Source: Fibrobacteria bacterium
GTDB lineage: Bacteria > Fibrobacterota > Fibrobacteria > UBA11236
Direction of reading: 5' to 3'
Assembly: GCA_043732185.1 (NCBI GenBank)
Contig: JAYTHY010000004.1
Coordinates: 1 to 45,586, forward strand
Length of the DNA stretch: 45,586 bases
Shown here: piece by piece, positions 38,858-45,586 of the stretch
How positions within the stretch are numbered: position 1 is the first letter of the stretch
Layout of the letters: every line of letters starts with the position of its first letter
Program-made: the position numbers and the translations under genes
Notes under the pieces: generated by a model
What the model saw: the letters and a program-made list of their open reading frames with translations, nothing else
What the model was told of the DNA's origin: nothing
Databases searched by the model: none

Positions 38858-40786
38858 TTAAGCGGGCTTACCGCCTTTACCCTCCGAGCTCTTTTTAGGA
38901 TCCATCAACTCCATCAATTTGAGTCCGAGTAGGCCATCCATGGCGGAACCACTTCCTCCGGAGCCACCTGCACCAATTAAGATATCCGGAATTAATTTGA
39001 TATGGCCTTTGGAGAGCTCCTCGGTAATTTTGAATCGGGTAAAATTTTCACCGCCCAATGCATTGACGGCCAGTTCATAGGCTTCGGCCGTGGACTTTCC
39101 GATAGCTAGCACTCTACCTGCCTCCGCATCTCCAGTTAATGTGATTTGAGCAGCCTGCGCGCCCGCTTTAAGCTTGGTTGCTTCTGATTCTGCCTTGGCC
39201 CTAGCCATGGTCGCTTCGGCTTCACCAAAAGCGCGTAGTTTTATGGCTTCTGCTTCTGCACCTACGGCCAACTTGACGCCTGTAGCATCGCCTTCTGCTT
39301 TTTTAACTGTAGCATTGGCGGTACGTTCGGCAATTTCCACGCTTTGTTGCGCCTTGACGATATCCTTTTGCATATCGGCAATGGCGGTTTCTTTTTCCAT
39401 TCCCTGGCGGGTTTCTTGTGCCTTCTTTTGTGTTTCGTAAGTGACCTTTTGCTCCTCGGCAATTTTGCGGTCCGTCAAGGTTTTCATTAAGGATTCCGGC
39501 GGTACGATATCGCCAATCAACGTGTCCACGGCATTTACATTGTACTCGTCTAGAACCTTTTTAATATGCTCTTTAGCGGATTCCTGCCGTTCTTTACGCG
39601 TGGTTAAAAAGGCAATGACATCACTATCTTGCGCCGAATTGCGAAAGTAATTTCCAATGGTCGGCTCTAAAACTTGGGACACCAGATTTACCATATTTCC
39701 AAATCTGGCTATCACTTTGGGCGCTTCAGTAGTGGGCACATGGATAATTTGGGCTACGTCCAAATTAAAAGGAAAGCCATCTTTTGAGCGCACCGTAATT
39801 GTCGAAAGGTTCTTATCCAAATTGTGGGCTTCGCTTCGAGCCGCAGCCCAATTTAGAACCAGGTTGGTTGTCGGCACCAATTCAACTTTCATGATATAAC
39901 GATTAATAGGATATTTGCCTGGACCAAGTGGTTCGAGCCAAACGCCTTTGCATCCCTTTTCGACGATATTCCCATGCTTAAAATCGAGTCCAGTTAAGTC
40001 ACGTCCATCCTGACCGATGTAAGAAATGACCACGCCTACGAAACCAATGGCGATTTCCGTCATGGGGATTTCTTCCATTTGGATAGCCCAGGGATTCAGG
40101 TTATAGGAACCCGCAAGGATCACTTGCGGTTGTAAACCGCGATTGCCGCCTCTTTTAATGAACGCGTCGAAATCTTGGAAATTATTATGTCCATCGACCA
40201 GCTTTCCGGCGATTTGTCCTGCTTCGATAGGCATTCCGTCCAGGGTGGTAACAATTCCAACCATGCTTTCTTGGATGCGAATCATGTCAGTTAAAGAAAC
40301 CTGGAACAACATGGTATTGATGCGATAAGAGCCCGCGGTAATGTAAGCCGTTTGCCTGCCGCGCTGTCCGAGATTTTCCAAAAATTTTACAGCATCCTGA
40401 AAACTGTCGCAAGCGACACGCTGTCCCAAAATATTTCCGGTTGGGATTCCCGCACCATCTTTGGCCAGAATCAATCCGATTTTGCCTTCCGGAATCACAG
40501 TGAATTTTTCCATCGTCACATCGTATTGCCAGAACCATTTCCAGAAATACAGTCCCGGTGCCAGAGTCTTTCCTTGAAAGCCCGCCTCGCCCTTGGTAGC
40601 GATAATTCGGCCATCCGGAAGCTCGCGATTACTTCCAAAGAGCACAAAACGCTTGGTGACCAGTCCAATTCGATCTTCCGGAACAATGACCATGCCAAAG
40701 AGAAATCGAAGGATGTATTTATAGAGAACGACACCTAGGATAATGGGAAGAATCCACCAGTAGGTCCATAATATTGAGTTGTCCAT
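38858..40786 (-). CDS. SPFH/band-7 (flotillin-like) protein with N-terminal repeats and coiled-coil tail
   Basis: N-terminal TM helix, TVRSKDGFPFNLDV SPFH core, AEA/AEG-rich tail. Confidence 0.9.
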   Translation of the reverse strand: MDNSILWTYWWILPIILGVVLYKYILRFLFGMVIVPEDRIGLVTKRFVLFGSNRELPDGRIIATKGEAGFQGKTLAPGLYFWKWFWQYDVTMEKFTVIPEGKIGLILAKDGAGIPTGNILGQRVACDSFQDAVKFLENLGQRGRQTAYITAGSYRINTMLFQVSLTDMIRIQESMVGIVTTLDGMPIEAGQIAGKLVDGHNNFQDFDAFIKRGGNRGLQPQVILAGSYNLNPWAIQMEEIPMTEIAIGFVGVVISYIGQDGRDLTGLDFKHGNIVEKGCKGVWLEPLGPGKYPINRYIMKVELVPTTNLVLNWAAARSEAHNLDKNLSTITVRSKDGFPFNLDVAQIIHVPTTEAPKVIARFGNMVNLVSQVLEPTIGNYFRNSAQDSDVIAFLTTRKERQESAKEHIKKVLDEYNVNAVDTLIGDIVPPESLMKTLTDRKIAEEQKVTYETQKKAQETRQGMEKETAIADMQKDIVKAQQSVEIAERTANATVKKAEGDATGVKLAVGAEAEAIKLRAFGEAEATMARAKAESEATKLKAGAQAAQITLTGDAEAGRVLAIGKSTAEAYELAVNALGGENFTRFKITEELSKGHIKLIPDILIGAGGSGGSGSAMDGLLGLKLMELMDPKKSSEGKGGKPA

Positions 40787-40991
40787 TTGCCTATTTTCTG
40801 TTAAGGAATATTTTGCATTGGCCGGCGACGAAAGGAAATATAACCCATAATTGAATCAAAGCCATGCAGAAAACGGTCATGGGACGGCGCTTTGTGTACT
40901 GGGCCTAGGCTTCATTTGATACGTTTGTAGATAGTTTTTGATTTATTATTGGGGTCTCACAGTACCGGATTATGGAGCAGGAATTTAAAGT

Positions 40992-41633
40992 ATGAAAATT
41001 GAAATTTGGTCGGATATGATGTGTCCCTTTTGTTATATCGGTAAACGGAGACTAGAGGCGGCGTTGGATCAATTTTCTGGAAAACAACAGGTGGAAATCA
41101 CCTGGAAAAGTTTTCAATTGAATCCGGATATGCCGACGGAACCGGGAAAAAGCATTACAACGTATCTCGCAGAAATCAAAGGTTGGACATTGGAGTATAG
41201 CCGGCAGATGCATGCTGGGCTCACGGCATCGGCCAAGGAGCTTGGGTTACATTATGATTTCGACCGCGCCGTAGTTGCCAACTCCTTTGACGCGCATCGT
41301 TTGGTACAACTGGCAAAAACCAAACACCTCGGAGATGTCATGGAAGAACGGTTTTTCAAGGCCTATTTTAGTGAGGGTGAAAATATCGCCGATCACAAAG
41401 TATTGCTTCAACTTGGCATTGAAGTTGGTTTATCAGAAGTGGAAATTAGGGAAGTTTTGGCGACCGATGCTTTTGCTGGTGCCGTACGCCAGGATATAAA
41501 TGAGGCCATGAAAATTGGTGTAAATGGAGTTCCCTTTTTCGTATTCGACCGGAAGTACGCTGTATCCGGGGCTCAGGACACAAAGGTATTTTTACAAGTT
41601 TTGGAAAAAGCGTTGGCGGATGCCACTTCTTAA
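40992..41633 (+). CDS. DsbA family oxidoreductase (FrnE-like)
   Basis: IEIWSDMMCPFCYIGKRR, SFQLNP, NSFDAHRL and GVPFFVF...VSGAQ motifs. Confidence 0.93.
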   Translation: MKIEIWSDMMCPFCYIGKRRLEAALDQFSGKQQVEITWKSFQLNPDMPTEPGKSITTYLAEIKGWTLEYSRQMHAGLTASAKELGLHYDFDRAVVANSFDAHRLVQLAKTKHLGDVMEERFFKAYFSEGENIADHKVLLQLGIEVGLSEVEIREVLATDAFAGAVRQDINEAMKIGVNGVPFFVFDRKYAVSGAQDTKVFLQVLEKALADATS

Positions 41634-42633
41634 ATCAAAAATTAGTTTGCGCACCCGATTTGCGCCTACACCAAGTGGGTTTATGCATATTGGAAACGCA
41701 TGGAACTTTTTATTGACCTGGTTAATCGCCCGTAGTCAAGGCGGTTCCATTCATCTGCGTATCGATGACTTGGATGCCGCTCGTTTTCGCGAGGCGTACT
41801 TGGAGGATATATTCGCTTCGCTTAAATGGTTGGGCCTTGATTGGGATACTGGTCCTGCCGATTCCGCAGACTTCCACGCGCATCATCGGCAATGTTTTCG
41901 ACGTGAATCTTATCGGGCTGCGCTAAAGTTGCTGCTTGAAAAGGGCGACTCCTCCAATTCCCTTGTATATGCGTGTCAGTGTAGCCGTGAGCAAGTCAAA
42001 CGTGCCAGCCAAGCCTTGGGTCGCGCTGGGGTGTATTCAGGCACCTGCCAGAAGGCGGGTTTGGCACGGGAAATGGCATCTCAGTGGCAGTCTGGAAAAG
42101 GGTTGCAACGCACTGATAACACGACAGTTCTGCGACTGCATGTGCCTTTAGATACCCAGGTTAAGCTAGAGGATAAAGTTCTCGGTCCCCTATTTCTTAA
42201 ACCGGGTGAAGCGATGGGTGATTTTATTCTTTGGCAACGCAATGGCGAGCCCTCTTACCAATTGGCCTCCACTCTGGATGATGCAAATTTGGGTATAAAT
42301 TGGGTAGTGCGCGGGAGTGACTTGTTGCCTTCTACCGGGGCCCAGATCTATTTGGCCCAATGTTTGGGATTGGAAACATTTGCGGAGACCCGTTTTCTTC
42401 ATCATGGATTGATACTCGGATCCTCGGGCGAAAAGCTGTCAAAGTCAACCCATTCGGCTTCCAAGGATGATGCCTTCCTTTTGAAAAACATTCGGATGCG
42501 TGCGGGAGGACGTGAAGCTCTTTTCCAGTTTTTCGGAAGTGCTTTGAAATTAGATGTCGATGTGGAAAGTGCCGGCGATATCTTAGCGCGTTTTAACCTA
42601 AATCGACAGCTTAAACTAAATTTACAGGCATGA
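41620..42633 (+). CDS. gluQ: Glutamyl-Q tRNA(Asp) synthetase-like protein (GluRS catalytic domain only)
   Basis: RFAPTPSG.MHIGN, RIDDLD, CQCSR...YSGTC, VVRGSDLL, KLSKS; no anticodon-binding domain. ATG 41620 (ORF track 41524). Confidence 0.82.
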   Translation: MPLLKSKISLRTRFAPTPSGFMHIGNAWNFLLTWLIARSQGGSIHLRIDDLDAARFREAYLEDIFASLKWLGLDWDTGPADSADFHAHHRQCFRRESYRAALKLLLEKGDSSNSLVYACQCSREQVKRASQALGRAGVYSGTCQKAGLAREMASQWQSGKGLQRTDNTTVLRLHVPLDTQVKLEDKVLGPLFLKPGEAMGDFILWQRNGEPSYQLASTLDDANLGINWVVRGSDLLPSTGAQIYLAQCLGLETFAETRFLHHGLILGSSGEKLSKSTHSASKDDAFLLKNIRMRAGGREALFQFFGSALKLDVDVESAGDILARFNLNRQLKLNLQA

Positions 42634-43388
42634 TTCCTTCTTCCGACTTCAGCCGTTTCAAACAGGAGCCAATGGTTATGGCCACGGGCTATGACTTCCC
42701 TTTTGCCGGCATTCTGCAAGAAGCCGGCGTGGATGTCATTTTAGTTGGTGATTCGTTAGCCAATGTGGTGCTCGGCTTGCCTTCTACTCGCGAAGTAACC
42801 ATGGACATGATGGCAATCTTCGTGGCAGCTGTGGTTCGCGGCGCCTCAAGCACGCATATTCTTGCGGATATGCCTTTTGGATCGGACAGCACTCCTGAGC
42901 TTGCGGTTCGTAACGGGCGTCGGTTTCTAGCGCTGGGAGCGCATTCAGTAAAGTTGGAAGGCGTCAAGTTGGATTCCGTGACGGCCTTGGTTCAGAATGG
43001 AATTCCCGTGGTCGGACATCTGGGGCTATTGCCGCAAACCGCGCAATCCTTTAAGCAATTTGGACATGGACAGGGAGAGCGGGAATCACTTTTGCACGCC
43101 GCGGAAAAGTTAGTGTCGGCCGGAGTCATAGCCATTGTCCTGGAACATATGGATGCAGCCCTTGCCGCCGAAGTAACCCGGATGATTCCGGTTCCTACCA
43201 TTGGCATAGGCGCAGGCCCAAACGTGGATGGTCAAGTTCTGGTTCTCCATGATTTTCTGGGTATCGGTGCCGTTACTCCACCTCCATTTGCAAAGGCTTT
43301 CGCCAATGTTCGCCAGTCCGCCTTACAAGGCGCGCGTGACTATTGCCAAGCGGTACGCAATCACGATTTCCCTCGAGTTATTAAGTAG
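42630..43388 (+). CDS. panB: 3-methyl-2-oxobutanoate hydroxymethyltransferase
   Basis: LVGDSL, ADMPF, VKLEG, GHLGLLPQ and PTIGIGAG...DGQVLVLHD motifs. Confidence 0.97.
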   Translation: MIPSSDFSRFKQEPMVMATGYDFPFAGILQEAGVDVILVGDSLANVVLGLPSTREVTMDMMAIFVAAVVRGASSTHILADMPFGSDSTPELAVRNGRRFLALGAHSVKLEGVKLDSVTALVQNGIPVVGHLGLLPQTAQSFKQFGHGQGERESLLHAAEKLVSAGVIAIVLEHMDAALAAEVTRMIPVPTIGIGAGPNVDGQVLVLHDFLGIGAVTPPPFAKAFANVRQSALQGARDYCQAVRNHDFPRVIK

Positions 43389-43396
43389 GAGCCAGT

Positions 43397-43735
43397 ATGG
43401 ACAGTCCAGAAAACCAGCCACACATACCTGATGACAATTCCCTACGGCCTGAGCCGGGATTGGAAATTGTGCAAAATCGGGAGTTTATTTCCGAAAACGT
43501 AGCCATATCGGGGCGCCATTTTTTACGATGCTCATTCAACTTCTGCAACCTGATTTATTCTGGCGGCCCTGTGGGAGTGGTGGAATGTGGAGGAGGGCAT
43601 AATCGGCTCGTAGAGGTTGGGCCGCTCTTGGAAGCCCTTAAAGATTCCTCCGCTGATGCCATCAAGGATAAAATGATCCGGTATTGGAAGGAAGTGCGCG
43701 CTGGGTTCAACTTGGAAGTCGCTAAGGAATCCTAA
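43397..43735 (+). CDS. Hypothetical protein (112 aa)
   Basis: AGGAG RBS, ATG 8 bp after the panB stop, short beta-solenoid-like segment F.RCSFNFCNLIYSGG. Confidence 0.7.
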   Translation: MDSPENQPHIPDDNSLRPEPGLEIVQNREFISENVAISGRHFLRCSFNFCNLIYSGGPVGVVECGGGHNRLVEVGPLLEALKDSSADAIKDKMIRYWKEVRAGFNLEVAKES

Positions 43736-43788
43736 AGGTTATCTAAAGGCTATATGCGCAATAATGCTAGTTTGTATGTTACGGTATT

Positions 43789-45039
43789 ATGGTTCGTATG
43801 AATGAATGGCCACGCATATTGATTTTTCCCAGGTTTTGTTTAGCCTGGTTTGGATATGTTTTAGCTTCTGTGCTGATCTGGGGCTGCGCCGCACGACCAG
43901 CAACCAATGGGTCTGGCGCGGATCGCGGAACCGTGAGTCGACTAACGGCTGCAGGTAAAATGAGCAACCTGTCCAACGACTATATGCCCAGCGCTAAAAT
44001 GGAAATGGCTAGCGCTAAAATGGCAATAGCTCCGGCCTCGGCTGAATTTCGTGCTTCCCGGGATGGATCTGCTCCACCTCCCAAAATGAATTCCGCTCCA
44101 TCTCGCATGGTGTACTACACGGGGGAAGCAACACTGCGCTCCACCGATCCGGATAAGGCATTGGATTCGGCAATTCAAATCACTAATAAGTCTGGTGGTT
44201 ATTTGGAAAGCCGAACCGGATTTTACGTAACCTTGCGCGTGCCTGCGCCTCAGTTTGACAGTTTATTTCTAAGGATCATGCGTCTGGGAGAGGTGGTTTC
44301 CTTCAGTCAATCCGCACAAGATATTACCGAAGCCTTCCAGGATGCCGATATGCGATTGCAATTGGTCATCGCCACCTTAGAACGCTTGGAAGCTCTAGTG
44401 CAAAAGGCCAGAACCGACTCGCAAAAACTGCAGTTGCTGGGGCAGTTGAAGCAATTGCGCGAGGAACGGGAAGTTTTGGAATCCACCAAGCGCGCCCTAT
44501 CCCGACAGGCTAGTTTCGCCACCATTAACTTGCAAATGCAGGAGCATACCCCGGCGATAGATGGGCAAGACCTAAAAAACGACATCGCGGATTTTCAATG
44601 GATCCATCGACTTGGGCCATTTGACGATAAACGCTTCACCGATAGGCGAACGCAATCCTTTGCTACGCCCGAGGGAATGGTGGTCTCGAGCAATAAGCGA
44701 CCCTGGCGCGCTACGGCGTCACAAGGTGCTGAATTTTGGGGATCAAGTCTTTGCGTGAAACCGATAGGGGACGCTCGATTTTGGAGTGAGGCGATTAGAC
44801 TGCGACTCAAAGATGGATTCAAAGCCGCGGACACCTTGGACGTTGGCGGATTTCGTTTTTGCAAATTTCAATCCTTTGGCGCTACACCCTATTTTTATTG
44901 GGTAGGCGTGGATCCCCAGGATCATTATCTCAATATCGTCGAATTGTATTTTCCCACCGAAGCACAACAAACCCAACATTTGGCGGCTATCCTGGCGGCC
45001 GTAAAAAAAGGACCGGTACCATGGTATTCGCTCTTTTAG
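43789..45039 (+). CDS. DUF4349 domain lipoprotein
   Basis: LIWGC lipobox; RMVYYTG..TL, GGYLES, TLRVPA..FD and QDITE.FQD motifs, followed by a coiled coil. Confidence 0.85.
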   Translation: MVRMNEWPRILIFPRFCLAWFGYVLASVLIWGCAARPATNGSGADRGTVSRLTAAGKMSNLSNDYMPSAKMEMASAKMAIAPASAEFRASRDGSAPPPKMNSAPSRMVYYTGEATLRSTDPDKALDSAIQITNKSGGYLESRTGFYVTLRVPAPQFDSLFLRIMRLGEVVSFSQSAQDITEAFQDADMRLQLVIATLERLEALVQKARTDSQKLQLLGQLKQLREEREVLESTKRALSRQASFATINLQMQEHTPAIDGQDLKNDIADFQWIHRLGPFDDKRFTDRRTQSFATPEGMVVSSNKRPWRATASQGAEFWGSSLCVKPIGDARFWSEAIRLRLKDGFKAADTLDVGGFRFCKFQSFGATPYFYWVGVDPQDHYLNIVELYFPTEAQQTQHLAAILAAVKKGPVPWYSLF

Positions 45040-45586
45040 ACTTGGCATGGTGTGGGCTTTTGGCCGTTGGGGCGCCAGTTGATTCAACGCTGGGTCGTCC
45101 GGGTGGTTTGGAACTCACGTTTACGGCCGTGCTTCAAGTTGAAGAGCCGGCGCGCGCTTCCGAAAAGTTGATTCAACGCACAGAGTCGATGGGTGGTTAC
45201 TTTTCCAATCGCACTCAAGAGTCGGTGGAATTCCGATTGCCCATTGCCAAGGCAGACGCTTGGATCGACAGCTTGGCGACCGTCGGATTGGTGATGGACC
45301 GTAACCTGCAAACTGAATCCCTGGAAGGGACGTGGCTGGAATTGATTTCCCGCCTCAAAGCCAAGCGAGCCTCGCTGAATGATTACTATGCCATGCTCAA
45401 GGTGAGCGGCGATTCCACCATTTTTCTCATTCAGAATTCCATCACCCAGTTGCAACAGGAAATGGAAGAAACCTCACACACCATTTTGAAGTTGCAAGAT
45501 CGTATGCAATATGCCCATTTGGCCGTTAGTTTTCGGTTTCCGGATCGAACGGCACCGTTAGCTACTGGCCAGTCGCGGTTCCTTTG
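45021..45586 (+). CDS. Second DUF4349-like protein (partial, runs off the window; absent from the ORF track)
   Basis: ATG 45021 after AAAAGGA. Frame is open to the window end: MVFALLDLAW...ESMGGYFSNR...EFRLP...LQDRMQYAHLAVSF. Confidence 0.8.
   Translation, partial: MVFALLDLAWCGLLAVGAPVDSTLGRPGGLELTFTAVLQVEEPARASEKLIQRTESMGGYFSNRTQESVEFRLPIAKADAWIDSLATVGLVMDRNLQTESLEGTWLELISRLKAKRASLNDYYAMLKVSGDSTIFLIQNSITQLQQEMEETSHTILKLQDRMQYAHLAVSFRFPDRTAPLATGQSRFL

Noticed and set aside
41620..42633. Call as gltX (glutamyl-tRNA synthetase)
   Set aside because: Too short, with no anticodon-binding domain. The RIDDLD and VVRGSDLL pattern fits GluQ.
1..45586. CRISPR array, rRNA, prophage or known defence system
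   Set aside because: No regularly spaced short repeats, rRNA-like tract, cas, phage structural or recognisable defence genes were seen by eye.

Overview
Bacterial chromosomal window, probably from the FCB group and most likely Fibrobacterota. This placement is inferred from T9SS-like C-terminal sorting tails, a long-form IspG and the style of the secreted proteins. In order it holds: a large Ig-repeat/beta-helix surface protein with no N-terminus; a DEAD-box helicase (rhlE-like); an AT-richer pair of a beta-barrel-like protein and a secreted ThuA-like protein; a Gfo/Idh/MocA oxidoreductase; tRNA-Asn(GTT); a DUF445 gene; a short serA-like remnant; a GAF protein; GTP-type PEPCK; a DUF1080-led operon of unknowns; an unknown secreted protein; an orphan MlaD; a TolC/HlyD/ABC (YbhGFSR-like) export operon; ispG-trmJ-mutarotase-like-recO; a complete compact clade II nitrous-oxide reductase operon (cyt c-nosZ-nosB/L fusion-nosD-nosF-nosY); an SPFH protein with four N-terminal repeats; dsbA-gluQ-panB; and two tandem DUF4349 genes. 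The most striking unannotated signal is upstream of the nos operon: a canonical sigma54 -24/-12 promoter preceded by two phased GT-N7-AC (NorR-type) boxes. This suggests N2O reduction controlled by an enhancer-binding protein, possibly NO-sensing. No CRISPR array, rRNA or intact mobile element was seen.
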